Notes: a model not told the origin generated them from the sequence alone. A stretch of DNA of 64,000 nucleotides from Candidatus Bathyarchaeia archaeon (GCA_050014495.1 JBEKDF010000002.1:106244-170243); one strand, 5' to 3'; shown: positions 50,301 to 60,560, counted from the stretch's first letter. A program made the numbers and translations.

Positions 50301-50501
50301 ATGCCTGAATGTGAAATCTGCGGTGAAGAATCCGACAAGCTCATCAAATGCAAGTCCTGCGGTGCAAAGTTCTGTGAGGACTGTGGCTCTCCCATTGAGA
50401 AGCTCTGCGAGTTCTGTGCAGAGGAAGAAGAATTCGATGAGGAAGACCTGGAAGACGTCGATGAGGAGTCTGGTGTAGAGACCAAGGACGACGACAAGTA
50501 A
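50301..50501 (+). CDS. Small Zn-finger protein with acidic tail
   Basis: Four CxxC pairs followed by a D/E-rich tail; ATG at 50301 after GGTGA. Confidence 0.75.
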   Translation: MPECEICGEESDKLIKCKSCGAKFCEDCGSPIEKLCEFCAEEEEFDEEDLEDVDEESGVETKDDDK

Positions 50502-50587
50502 AATTCCCCGTCCATAAGAGGGAACACCCTTTTTAGTTGAAACCGAACCACAAAGCGTATCTCTATAGCCTCAAGGTTCTTTTAGAA

Positions 50588-51247
50588 ATGTCCGAGGAAA
50601 AGGTGAAGTTCTGCCCTTACTGTGGAACTCAAATTGACTATAAATACGCAGTATGCCCTTCCTGTGGGAAGCCTCAACCCGTTATTGAAGGGATCGTGGG
50701 AGCCAAATCCAAACCAAAAAAGAATCCGTTAATTGCACTTATTCTATCCTTGCTCCTAACTGGTGCGGGGCAGATATATCTTGGACGCTTACGTAGAGGC
50801 TTGCTTTTCCTTTTCTCAGTAATCCTCATAGTTATCATCTATAATGCTGGAATGACATCGTTTCCTGGTTTGGCACCAACTCTAAACGATAACAATACCC
50901 TCGCAATCACTAAGGGTGCTACCATGAAATTCAACGGAACCACAATCAATTACCCGATTGAGCCGGGGACCTTCAAACCTAGCGTTGGCAAGGATAATAC
51001 CGTCCTTGAGACTATGACCGATTTTGGTAACGGCGTTCTTAACAATACAGCTGGTGGTACGGGCACCATTGACTACTCCACAGGTGATTTTAGTATTACA
51101 TTTCATAACATTGCCCCTGCCAATGATGTTGTTTATGCAACTTACACTTACTACACTGACGATTACATGGTGGTGATAGGTTTGGTTTTCTCGATAATCT
51201 CCGCTTGGGACGCATACAGGTTAGCAAAGAAGATTAACCAGAGCTAG
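50588..51247 (+). CDS. Double zinc-ribbon plus TM2-like membrane protein with inserted beta-rich domain
   Basis: FCPYCG / VCPSCG, KKNPLIALILSLLLTGAGQIYLG, SAWDAYRLAKKIN. Confidence 0.8.
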   Translation: MSEEKVKFCPYCGTQIDYKYAVCPSCGKPQPVIEGIVGAKSKPKKNPLIALILSLLLTGAGQIYLGRLRRGLLFLFSVILIVIIYNAGMTSFPGLAPTLNDNNTLAITKGATMKFNGTTINYPIEPGTFKPSVGKDNTVLETMTDFGNGVLNNTAGGTGTIDYSTGDFSITFHNIAPANDVVYATYTYYTDDYMVVIGLVFSIISAWDAYRLAKKINQS

Positions 51248-51319
51248 TCCTACTCGCTGAGTAGTTTTTTCGACTGATTAAGTTTAAGAGGGGATGGAGA
51301 ATACAGAGTTCGTCTCACC

Positions 51320-52444
51320 TTGGATAAAGTCGACGCTGTCATAATCGGCGCGGGTGCAGTAGGACTCGCAATAGCCGCGGAGATCACTCGAAAGAACCGT
51401 GACGTTTTCATCCTCGAGAAGGAGTCAGCGACGGGCCAGGGTGCAAGTAGCCGAAACAGCGAGGTCATACACGCCGGCATCTACTATGCGACCGGGACCT
51501 TGAAGGCAAAGGTCTGCGTGGAATCCAATCCAATGATCTACCAAATCTGCGCCGAGAACAAGGTGCCATACAAGCGACTCGGAAAGATGATTGTGGGGAA
51601 CGGAGAGGACGAGATAAAGCAGCTTGAGGGCCTCATGAAGCAGGGGATAGATAACGGAGTCAACGACCTCGAACTAATCGACTCGGACAGGATAAAGCAG
51701 CTCGAACCAAGGGTCAAGGGGGATATGGCCGTACTAAGCCCCAGCACCGGAATCATGGACGCACACGGGCTCATGAACTACTACCTGCATAAGGCGCGTC
51801 GACAAAGTGGATCTGACCCACTTGTTCTCGACACCGAAGTAAGGGGCATTAAGCAAACAATAGATGGCTATGAAGTCGAAACGATGAGCGGCGGGGATCC
51901 TTTCACCATTGAGGCGAGGGTCGTTGTAAACGCCGCGGGCCTCTTCTGCGATAAGGTTGCGGCGATGGCTGGAATCGATATCGAGAAGGCAAAGTACAGG
52001 CTTCACTGGTGCAAGGGTGATTACTACAGCTTGGTCGGGAAGCCCCCAGCCACGATGCTTGTCTACCCCCCGCCGTTGAAGGATACCTTAGGCCTAGGCA
52101 TCCACACCGTACCGGACCTCACGGGTCGCCTAAAATTCGGGCCAAACGCCTACTATGTCGATAAAATCGACTATAAGGTGGAGTCTCCGGTTGAACCCTT
52201 CCTAAGTGACATAGTTACGTATCTACCCAGCATACGTAGAGAGGATCTCGGACCTGATATGTCGGGGATACGCGCCAAGCTCCAGGGTCCGGGTGAGAAG
52301 GCTAGAGACTTCGTAATAGAGCATGAAGAAAATCGTGGCCTCCTGGGCTTCATCGACCTAATAGGGATAGAGTCCCCGGGTCTAACCTCCTCGCCCGCCA
52401 TCGCTAGGATGGTCTCGGCTATGTTGGATGAACTGCTCGATTAG
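51320..52444 (+). CDS. FAD-dependent oxidoreductase, L-2-hydroxyglutarate oxidase (LhgO)-like
   Basis: GAGAVG, SSRNSEVIHAGIYY, KGDYY, GLGIH, GIESPGLTSS. Confidence 0.88.
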   Translation: MDKVDAVIIGAGAVGLAIAAEITRKNRDVFILEKESATGQGASSRNSEVIHAGIYYATGTLKAKVCVESNPMIYQICAENKVPYKRLGKMIVGNGEDEIKQLEGLMKQGIDNGVNDLELIDSDRIKQLEPRVKGDMAVLSPSTGIMDAHGLMNYYLHKARRQSGSDPLVLDTEVRGIKQTIDGYEVETMSGGDPFTIEARVVVNAAGLFCDKVAAMAGIDIEKAKYRLHWCKGDYYSLVGKPPATMLVYPPPLKDTLGLGIHTVPDLTGRLKFGPNAYYVDKIDYKVESPVEPFLSDIVTYLPSIRREDLGPDMSGIRAKLQGPGEKARDFVIEHEENRGLLGFIDLIGIESPGLTSSPAIARMVSAMLDELLD

Positions 52445-52550
52445 AGTAGCATCGGAAATCTCAGCTTTGTTGTCCCAATCCTTTAATATTCACGATTAGT
52501 AATCCTAAATACGTCGGTTTACAAATCCGTATCGTATTAGGTGCTATACT

Positions 52551-52865
52551 GTGCGGTTCTGCGATAAATGTGGCTCATTTATGGAAAAGTCTCCAAAGGG
52601 GTATCATTGCCAAAAATGTGGCTATGAGGTGAACCCCGGCGTCGTGGAGGTTACGCGCGATGATGAGCAGAAGGCGGAGCCTGTTTATGTCGTTAGGGGA
52701 GAGGAGGAGTCTGTGAAGGTGAACCAGATATGTCCTCAATGTGGGCATAGTGAGGCCTACCACCAGGTCCGTGTCGCCCTCGGTGAGCATGCTGGGGTTA
52801 ACAGTGACAGGTATGTTGAGAGGTTCAAGTGTACCTCTTGTGGCCATGTCTGGGTTACGAACTAG
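52551..52865 (+). CDS. TFS/RpoM-like two-zinc-ribbon protein (non-canonical paralog)
   Basis: MRFCDKCGSFM, CQKCGY, CPQCGHSEAY, FKCTSCGHVW. Confidence 0.85.
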   Translation: MRFCDKCGSFMEKSPKGYHCQKCGYEVNPGVVEVTRDDEQKAEPVYVVRGEEESVKVNQICPQCGHSEAYHQVRVALGEHAGVNSDRYVERFKCTSCGHVWVTN

Positions 52866-53326
52866 GCCCAGTTCACTTTTACTTTAAATGGGATCCCCTG
52901 CTCGACACTCTTAGATACGATGCAGAATTCCTCGAAGAGGGCAACGCATCTCTCCATTTGACTAGTATACTCCTTATCGACCTTCGCGTTGAGTTCTACG
53001 TCCATCTCGGTTATCCTCCATCGTCCCTTATCGTTACGAGTCATCCTCGCTTTGACACTAGTTTTAATACCCTTTACATCCGCCCTCGCTTTCACTAAGC
53101 AGAATAGTAGGCTTGAGCTGAGGCAATTGCCCATAGCAGCGGCGAGGAGCATGGATGGGTTTGGACCTACACCCTTACCAAGAGGCACCTCCTCATCCGT
53201 GATGAGTGCCTCCATCCCAGCATGTCCGAAGTCTACCTTGAAAGAGTAATCCTGTAGTCTCTCCAACTCAACGGTGAGAGTCTTTTCTTCGCTCAACTCG
53301 ATCTCTTTGACTGTTAGTTCTGCCAT
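52862..53326 (-). CDS. OsmC/Ohr family protein
   Basis: DEEVPLG, GPNPSMLLAAAMGNC, FCIVSKSV. Confidence 0.9.
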   Translation of the reverse strand: MAELTVKEIELSEEKTLTVELERLQDYSFKVDFGHAGMEALITDEEVPLGKGVGPNPSMLLAAAMGNCLSSSLLFCLVKARADVKGIKTSVKARMTRNDKGRWRITEMDVELNAKVDKEYTSQMERCVALFEEFCIVSKSVEQGIPFKVKVNWA

Positions 53327-53328
53327 GT

Positions 53329-53574
53329 TTAAGTCGATTTTGGATTGTCTTCACTTGGTTGTGATTGTTCAATATGTTCACTATTATGCTTACTCTCGGA
53401 GAGGAACCCGTAGCCAAAGAGGCAGAACCCAAGTATGACCCCTATATCGATGATCCACTCGTTAGAGGGGTCATTTGTTTTAACAATCTGGTAAACCGTT
53501 GCGACGCAGAAGAGTGCGCATATGATAGCAGCGAGATACATGATGTTCCAGGAATTGATCTTAAGTTTGACCAT
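53329..53574 (-). CDS. Small hypothetical membrane protein
   Basis: Two TM helices; abuts the osmC-family start. Confidence 0.55.
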   Translation of the reverse strand: MVKLKINSWNIMYLAAIICALFCVATVYQIVKTNDPSNEWIIDIGVILGFCLFGYGFLSESKHNSEHIEQSQPSEDNPKST

Positions 53575-53655
53575 CGGTGTTCAACCAGATACCGTTTTTA
53601 GCGGGATTTAACCTTCCCGATATGGTTAAAGGTGCTGCACACCCCTCGTGTGACA

Positions 53656-54143
53656 TGCCTGGCATGAGGAGAAAGGAGAAGGAGATAGTTGAGAGGAAGG
53701 TAATCGAGGAGATCCTCAAGGAGCAGGAAGTCGGCAGGCTCGCAACCTCGGTCGGTGACCAACCATATGTGGTGCCAATCAATTACGTCTACTGCGATGG
53801 AAAGATAATTTTCCATAGTCATAAGGAGGGGACTAAGATGGCGAACATCGCCAAGAACCCGAGGGTTTGCTTCGAGGTTGACTTTGGCGAGATTATGAAA
53901 GCTGAAAAGCCTTGCGATTACTCGTGGCGGTACATGAGCGTCGTCGTAAAGGGGAGGGTGAAGATCATCTCTGACCAGGAAGAGCGCCTCACCGCACTTA
54001 GGAGAATCAGCGACAAGTACGCCCCAGGTAAGGGAATGATGCTTACAGCCAATGAACTGATGAAGAATCCTCAGCTCATCCTCGCCGAGATAGTAATCGA
54101 GGAAATGACTGGGAAGAGAAGTCCAGTCAGACCTCCAGCTTAG
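53656..54143 (+). CDS. Pyridoxamine 5'-phosphate oxidase family (NimA-like) flavin-binding protein; start approximate
   Basis: MRRKEKEI, GRLA, PYVVPINY, NPRVCFEV, YMSVVVKG, MTGKRS. Confidence 0.88.
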
Positions 54144-54249
54144 CATCTGACGAGTATTTCGAAAATATTCCTCATATGCACAACGTCTCGTAAGTGAGTT
54201 TCAGGAGTTTGGAAACCTTTTTGAGGTGCGCTAAGATGCTGGGTGTGTA

Positions 54250-55353
54250 ATGGGTATCCCTGAGAAGATCAAGCAGATCGAGGAGGAGATCGCTCGTACC
54301 CAGGTCAACAAAGCGACTGAGCGGCACTTGGGGATACTCAAGGCTCGACGCGCCAAGCTACAGCGAGAGCAAGAAGAGCAGCAGATAAAAGCTAGTGGAC
54401 GTGGGAGCGATGATGGCTACGCGGTTAAGAAGACAGGCGATGCCACCGTCGTCCTCATAGGGCTCCCCAGTGTCGGAAAGTCAACTATACTCAACCAGAT
54501 AACGAATGCGAATTCGAAGGTTGGCGCATACGACTTCACGACCCTCACCGTAGTACCAGGCCTCATGGAGTACCGTGGGGCGAAGATACAGATCCTCGAT
54601 CTGCCTGGTATCATCGCTGGCGCTTCGCAGGGAAAGGGACTCGGCAAAAGGGTCCTCTCCGTGGCGAGGGCAGCCGACCTAATCCTAATCACCCTCGACG
54701 TCTTCCAGCCTGGCTCCAAGTCTATCCTGATCAATGAGCTAAGGGAGATCGGCATCCGACCCGATGAGAGACCACCAAACGTTGTAATAGAGAAGACTCC
54801 GGGAGGCGGGGTCTCCGTGATCGCTCAGGTCCCAATGACGAAGATAAGGAAGGAGACCATTAAGGACATACTGGCAGTCTATGGCTTCCACAACGCCCGT
54901 GTCATGATTCGAGAGGATATAAATGATGAGCAGCTCCTCGACATCATACTCGCCAACAGGGTCTACGCCCCCACCTTCGCCGTACTCAACAAGATAGACA
55001 TGATAGACTCCGAGAGTCTAAGAAAAATTCGTGAAAATCTCGACTACTACGTCCTACCCATAGCAGCGGAGTCGGGTACGAACATAGACGAGTTCAAAGA
55101 ACAGCTCTACCAGAGGCTCGAATTCATACGCATTTACATGAGGCCCAAGGGAGGAGAGACCGATTATAAGGAGCCGCTTATCGTCCGGAGAGGATACACC
55201 GTGGGAGACATCTGCGATACACTCCACAAGGCACTGCGTACGGACTTCAAATATGCCCAGGTTTGGGGAAAGAGTGTCCGGTTTGGTGGGCAGAAGGTTG
55301 GCCTTAACCACAAGATGCAGGATGAAGACGTGCTCACATTTGTGACGAAATAG
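54250..55353 (+). CDS. DRG/Rbg1 family OBG-type GTPase with TGS domain
   Basis: NKATERH, GLPSVGKST, FTTL, DLPG, NKID, VWGKSV. Confidence 0.95.
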   Translation: MGIPEKIKQIEEEIARTQVNKATERHLGILKARRAKLQREQEEQQIKASGRGSDDGYAVKKTGDATVVLIGLPSVGKSTILNQITNANSKVGAYDFTTLTVVPGLMEYRGAKIQILDLPGIIAGASQGKGLGKRVLSVARAADLILITLDVFQPGSKSILINELREIGIRPDERPPNVVIEKTPGGGVSVIAQVPMTKIRKETIKDILAVYGFHNARVMIREDINDEQLLDIILANRVYAPTFAVLNKIDMIDSESLRKIRENLDYYVLPIAAESGTNIDEFKEQLYQRLEFIRIYMRPKGGETDYKEPLIVRRGYTVGDICDTLHKALRTDFKYAQVWGKSVRFGGQKVGLNHKMQDEDVLTFVTK

Positions 55354-55491
55354 CCTCTCCTCGAGGTTAGCTTAAGCACATTTTCCAGATGTCTTTTTGT
55401 CTCAAACGACTCAGGATCTTTTAGCTACTGTAACGAGATTTGTTAATTAGACGCGTGCATAATGGAGATAGGTTGGATTGCTAGATTAGCC

Positions 55492-56190
55492 TTAGCCCCT
55501 TTTCAGGACTCTCTTATCACTTGGCAATTTTTCGGAGGCATATCTCAGTACAAGCGCGGATGTCCTAGTCCTCCATTTCATCAAATAGTCCCTGACCTCT
55601 GTTGGATGCTTCTTCGAAGCCTCTTTGAGTAGCCATCCGATGCCCTTCTGGACCATGTCGTCCCTGTCCTCCATTAGTCTGTCAGCTATCTTGAAAGTAT
55701 CCTCGAGCATCTCCACTCCTCTCGCTATAGGGATAAGGGAAACCGCCGAGGCGCGTCGCCTCCAGCGGTTATCCGACTCGGTCCATTCCAGGAGTTTCTC
55801 CGCGAGTTTTGGGTCTTTGCGCACGGTCTCTGAGATTAGGCCGGTAGACAACCCATCTGTATTCGCCCAGTTGGATAGTGTGTCCACCCACCTATCGAAG
55901 GTGTCGAAGTGACTGGGTGTGAATTTCTTCTTCATACTCGATAGCAAATAGTCTCCTACTACAGCGATCTCGAAGACACCCTGCCTATGAAGTTCGCCGA
56001 CGACATTGATGGCTAGAGGGAGGTCTCCCTTTACCCTGGCACGGTACGAGGCTGCTATCTTCCTGCAGACTGGCATTGGTATTCCCCAGCTGGTTATAGG
56101 TTCCTTGAAATAGCGCCTTACCCCCTCCGACTTCTCCGAGTCGTAGTATCGGCGCGTCTCGGCTATAATCTCCTCAGTTAGAGGGTTCAT
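55492..56190 (-). CDS. AlkD-like DNA alkylation repair protein
   Basis: NWANTD, NRWRRR, DDMVQKGIGWLLKE, LRYASEKL. Confidence 0.9.
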   Translation of the reverse strand: MNPLTEEIIAETRRYYDSEKSEGVRRYFKEPITSWGIPMPVCRKIAASYRARVKGDLPLAINVVGELHRQGVFEIAVVGDYLLSSMKKKFTPSHFDTFDRWVDTLSNWANTDGLSTGLISETVRKDPKLAEKLLEWTESDNRWRRRASAVSLIPIARGVEMLEDTFKIADRLMEDRDDMVQKGIGWLLKEASKKHPTEVRDYLMKWRTRTSALVLRYASEKLPSDKRVLKRG

Positions 56191-56196
56191 CTTGCC

Positions 56197-57786
56197 TCAC
56201 ACCGTAAATCTGAGGGCACCTGTCTCAGTTGAGTCGATGTATATGGATTTGAGCCACTTTGGGTCTTCATTGGGGTAATCCGTCCTGTAGTGAGCGCCTC
56301 GGCTCTCCTTTCTCTCCATTGCAGCCCTGATTATCATCTCTGCCGACTCGAGCGCCATCTGAGTCTCGAGGGCAACCAACATATCCCGCCCATCCTTGGC
56401 TGAGACCCGCTCAGCGAGGTGTCTTAAATCGAAGACTGTCTCGAAAGCTTCTGAGAGGCTGGCGCTATCCCTGATGATACCGGCCTTAGCCCACATGTCT
56501 TCCTTTAGCCTATCGATGAGATTGTGGGGATCATAACGGTGCTCCCTCTCCATCATCGACTCATATCGATCTATCTCTGGTTTAGCTAGGTCTGTGATTT
56601 TTTCCTTTTTCAGCTTCTTGGCCTGGACTGCAGCTGATGCTCCCGCCCTCTTACCAAAGACAATGATTTCCGTCAGGGAGTTACCACCATGTCTGTTGGC
56701 CCCATGTATCCCACCTACAACCTCCCCAGCTGCGTATAGGCCCGGGACACCGGTATAGCAGTGCTCATCTATTACGAGTCCCCCCATGCAGAAGTGGCTC
56801 ACGGGGGCTACTTTGAAGGGCTTCTCGGAGGCGCGCAGTTTCTCGACAAGTATGCGCTGTGTCCCGCTGTTTACTAATTGTTTGATTGTCCGCTTCCTGA
56901 ATACCTCGCGGGCATCGATTAAGACGGCGCCATCCACGCCGCCGCCCTGAGTGATCTCCGTCATAAGTGCCCTGCTGAGTAGGTCTCTGCTCTTTAGTAC
57001 TAAGGGGCGGGCCTTTAGGGAGTATTTTTGGGGTATATCCTCACCAAGGCTGTTGATTATTCTTCCTTCCTCCGTTATCGGTCCCCCGAGGAGGTAGGGT
57101 GGCTGCCCTGGCTCGGCAAGGGCGAGGGGGAAGAACTGAACGAACTCCATGTCCCTGAGCCTCGCACCCGCATGGAGACCGAGGCTATAACCGTCCCCGG
57201 TAGCTCTTACAGGACAATCCGTCCTTTTGTAGATGGCGCCAGCACCACCTGTTGCCAGAATTATGGTTCTCGATGTAAATGTAATTGGCTCTTCGTGCTT
57301 CACGTCATATCCAACTGCTCCGACGACTCTATCCCGCTTCTTTAGCAGCTTCGTCACTGCGACGTTATCTATGAATTGTGTACCCTTTGACTGTGCGTAC
57401 TCGACCATAGGCTTCGTTATGCCCAGACCCATGAGGTTTGGTATGGATCCCACCGAGGCACCGGTTATGTGGACATTGACCTCGACGCCAAAGTTCCTCA
57501 ACTCGAGTATTCGCTCAGCCCCCTCCCTCGTGAATACCTCGACGAGGCGTATATCGTTGAGGCCCTTCCCCACCTCGATGGTGTCTCTCATATGCTCCTC
57601 AGGAGTCATCCCCTCCATCGCGGCTCTGAAGCCACCCAGAGACATGACCGTGCAGTTGTTCATCCCCGCAGGGGCTTTTGAGGCAACAACAGTCGTAAGC
57701 CCGCGGGCGTTCGCCTCTATCGCGGCCCTGAGTCCAGCGCCGCCCGAGCCCAGGATGAGTACATCAGAGTCTACGGAGCGAACCAT
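56197..57786 (-). CDS. SdhA/FrdA/TfrA/NadB family FAD flavoprotein
   Basis: GSGGAG, LATGG, DMEFVQF, HFCMGG, HGANRHGGNSL, RKESRGAHYRTDYP. Confidence 0.9.
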   Translation of the reverse strand: MVRSVDSDVLILGSGGAGLRAAIEANARGLTTVVASKAPAGMNNCTVMSLGGFRAAMEGMTPEEHMRDTIEVGKGLNDIRLVEVFTREGAERILELRNFGVEVNVHITGASVGSIPNLMGLGITKPMVEYAQSKGTQFIDNVAVTKLLKKRDRVVGAVGYDVKHEEPITFTSRTIILATGGAGAIYKRTDCPVRATGDGYSLGLHAGARLRDMEFVQFFPLALAEPGQPPYLLGGPITEEGRIINSLGEDIPQKYSLKARPLVLKSRDLLSRALMTEITQGGGVDGAVLIDAREVFRKRTIKQLVNSGTQRILVEKLRASEKPFKVAPVSHFCMGGLVIDEHCYTGVPGLYAAGEVVGGIHGANRHGGNSLTEIIVFGKRAGASAAVQAKKLKKEKITDLAKPEIDRYESMMEREHRYDPHNLIDRLKEDMWAKAGIIRDSASLSEAFETVFDLRHLAERVSAKDGRDMLVALETQMALESAEMIIRAAMERKESRGAHYRTDYPNEDPKWLKSIYIDSTETGALRFTV

Positions 57787-57818
57787 GAGTTAGGTTGGCG
57801 CGAGGTTAGATAAAACGG

Positions 57819-58313
57819 CTATCCGGTGAGGTAGACCCTCTCTATACATATTTCCTCTGCGGACTGCCTAACAAGCATATTTTCAACTTTAAGCAGTGGG
57901 TTAAATTGACTAAGCGTTGCTTGGATGGCTGGGAGGGTGAGGTTGCAGCAGAGTCCTTTAAGGAAGATGCCACAGTCGACGCCCACGTCTAAGAAGGTCT
58001 CGTGAAATGGACATCGCCTCACCACGAACATGACGCTTTTTGCATCTCTCTCATGGATGATCACGTCTGCTCCTGCATCCTCCATGAAGCGACGGTAGAC
58101 CTCGATTCCCGTCTCCAGTGGAGAGAGCCCAGTAGGCATCTCCCTCCTCATCTCCCTAGCGATTATGACCCCCTGCTTCTCCGCAGCCTCCATCAACTTG
58201 TCGAGGCTCGGCTGTGTCCCGAGGTCCTTGATTACCTCTATTATGTATAGAGTAAGTAGTGTGTATCCTCTCCGGACTCCCGCTGCAGACATGCTGGTTT
58301 TGCATCCGCTCAC
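57819..58313 (-). CDS. ATC-hydrolase/V4R-like small-molecule-binding protein
   Basis: VRRCPF, LCC and C-terminal EICIERVY Cys pattern. Confidence 0.6.
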   Translation of the reverse strand: MSGCKTSMSAAGVRRGYTLLTLYIIEVIKDLGTQPSLDKLMEAAEKQGVIIAREMRREMPTGLSPLETGIEVYRRFMEDAGADVIIHERDAKSVMFVVRRCPFHETFLDVGVDCGIFLKGLCCNLTLPAIQATLSQFNPLLKVENMLVRQSAEEICIERVYLTG

Positions 58314-58507
58314 GCGGCATTAAACCTCGCGCTCGTTTTATTCGCCCAACTCTGGAGATCACGAAGTAGCAATGCATGCTCGCTTGCATCCCAGCTATAA
58401 AACCTAGCCATAACATCGAGAATGCGAAAGAAAGGTATCCCCACATATAATACAATGTTTTAGATTGCAAGCTAGCTTTCGATACTGATCATATGAGCGC
58501 GTGACAT

Positions 58508-59635
58508 TCAGGCTTTGACCTTATACCTCTCATAGAGCCGCTTCAGCCCAGCCTCAAGCTCCTTCTGGCGATTCTCTTGGTCGAGAGGGCTAATCTCCTT
58601 ACAATCGTAACCGACGACCTCTCTCATGTACCCAACATTCTCATCGCGGAACACTACGGTCCCATCAGACTTCACGCTCTCAATCCCGTCGATTCGACCG
58701 CCCTCTTCATTCACATGAATCGCTTCATCGAGACTTATGCCTGGAAGGACTATCTCAGCCCCCCTCTCACTTAACTTACAGGGGTAAGCGCCGGGTAGAC
58801 CATTGGGACCAGCGACGCTTGAACAAACCTCTCCAGTGTTATAGTATATGGCGAGGCAATGCTTTAGGAAGCTACTGCTCGTCCTAAACTGATCGACTAA
58901 GGCGCTCGAATACTGGATCGATTTACCGTAGCCAAAGCCCTGGTACATCTCTACGAGTTTCTTATGGGGGTACTTGTCGGTGACATCATCGCCGTCGGCT
59001 ATGATCTTGTACCACATTGGCCCATCCATCCTGGCCGTGTAGTAAGTGCCATGGTGGCCTACACCATAGACGAAGACATCTCTAAATGATATCTTCAAGT
59101 CTCTGGCGATGAGGCGGCGGACTCTGCTTATGCCAAGATCCATGTTGCCTCCACCACAGGTTGGTGCCATACCCAGCCTTGAGAGTATGACATTGGTGAG
59201 GTCGGGGAAGGCCCCGTTGACGACGTTTGTTTTGATCTTGGACTTCGTTACTGCCTGCATCAGCTTATAGGCGAGTGTGAAGTGGTTCGGGATCCAGGGG
59301 CCCACAGGACCGATTTTGTGGTATACGTCGTCGGGGAGGAGCCTAGTTACCCACCAGCTTCCTAGGCTGCCGAGGTTGCAGATGACTTTGGGTTTAATCT
59401 CCTTAAGTGCCTCAGCGGTGCCTTCGATGTCAAATAGATTCAATTTTCTGAAGCTCAAGTCTGGATAGTTGCCGAAGTTATGGGCTGAGTGGAGAGCCTC
59501 CTCCATCTCGTAAATGCCCTTCTCTTCGTTGAGGTCAGCTCCGATGACCTTGATGTCGCTTCTCATCGCAGCGATCTGGTACATCATATCATGGCCTACG
59601 CTGCCCGCTGAACCAATGATTAGTAACGAATCCAA
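58508..59635 (-). CDS. NAD(P)-binding Rossmann-fold protein (saccharopine-dehydrogenase/LDH-like), substrate unknown
   Basis: IIGSAGSVG, VVNGAFPD, GGGN, GPNGLPGAYP, DGIESVKSDG. Confidence 0.7.
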   Translation of the reverse strand: MDSLLIIGSAGSVGHDMMYQIAAMRSDIKVIGADLNEEKGIYEMEEALHSAHNFGNYPDLSFRKLNLFDIEGTAEALKEIKPKVICNLGSLGSWWVTRLLPDDVYHKIGPVGPWIPNHFTLAYKLMQAVTKSKIKTNVVNGAFPDLTNVILSRLGMAPTCGGGNMDLGISRVRRLIARDLKISFRDVFVYGVGHHGTYYTARMDGPMWYKIIADGDDVTDKYPHKKLVEMYQGFGYGKSIQYSSALVDQFRTSSSFLKHCLAIYYNTGEVCSSVAGPNGLPGAYPCKLSERGAEIVLPGISLDEAIHVNEEGGRIDGIESVKSDGTVVFRDENVGYMREVVGYDCKEISPLDQENRQKELEAGLKRLYERYKVKA

Positions 59636-60125
59636 GTTGATCAGGAAACATTCTCTATAGGGGTATAATTAAAGAATTAGCTGACAAGAGTGCCTTTATT
59701 TATTAATTTTCGGTTTAAAAATAGAACATTTTGTGGATCAGTGATTTACGACGACGTGTAAAAAATCGTCTCAAGGTAGTATGAGGTTGTATGAGTTCAC
59801 GCCTACTTTTAGAATTAGAGAGGTACGGGGTCACAGAGATTTTCAGCGTTGGCCGCAGCCCTACCGCAGACCCTGCAAAGGTATCTAGGGTTCCTGACGA
59901 GACCTCTGTATTCGGCGAGGTCAATTCCTTCTGCGACTAAGGTACAGAGATGCTTCTCGTGGTCAATATGCGGCTTCTCATAGAGTGGCAAATCGTCACC
60001 GATCCGAGGTTTAGAATGGTGGTTGATAAATCTTGATTCGCTACCAATGCCTACACTTTCACCTGAATAATTTTTCTCCTCTTCTTAGGAAAAAATCATA
60101 TCCTTCGGGGATTATTTAATAAGGC

Positions 60126-60509
60126 GTGCCCGTTGTCAGTCTATCCCTAAACGACCAACTTTTAGAAGATCTGGATAAGCTCCAAGTGGATCTCGGTTAC
60201 TCTGGTCGCTCGGAGGTTGTGCGGGCGGCCATCAGGCTCTTCCTCACGGATGGTCGGGAGAAACAGCGCCTCGAGGGAAATGTTAACGGCCTTCTGCTTG
60301 CCATTCACAGCCACGAGGCGGAACACCACGTCACGCAGATCAAGGCGAAGTACCAGGACATTATCCATACACAGCTCCACAACAGATTCAGGGAGGGTAA
60401 ATGTATGGAGCTCTTCATCCTTGATGGAGATGCAGGGAGGATCAAGGAGCTAGCTACAGAGCTGCAGCGGAACGAGGAAAACGAGTATGTTAAGTTTATC
60501 GTCATTTGA
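60126..60509 (+). CDS. nikR: Nickel-responsive regulator NikR family
   Basis: RHH N-terminus VVSLSL...GYSGRSEVVRAAIR; TQLH...CMELFILDG. Confidence 0.85.
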   Translation: MPVVSLSLNDQLLEDLDKLQVDLGYSGRSEVVRAAIRLFLTDGREKQRLEGNVNGLLLAIHSHEAEHHVTQIKAKYQDIIHTQLHNRFREGKCMELFILDGDAGRIKELATELQRNEENEYVKFIVI

Positions 60510-60560
60510 GGCAAATCCACCATCCGACTTAATATACCATGACCGCAGGGTTTCCACATC

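Noticed and set aside
59791..60040. Short reading frame with internal stop, faintly GNAT-like (IVTDPRFR)
   Set aside because: Too degraded and short to support a call without a search.
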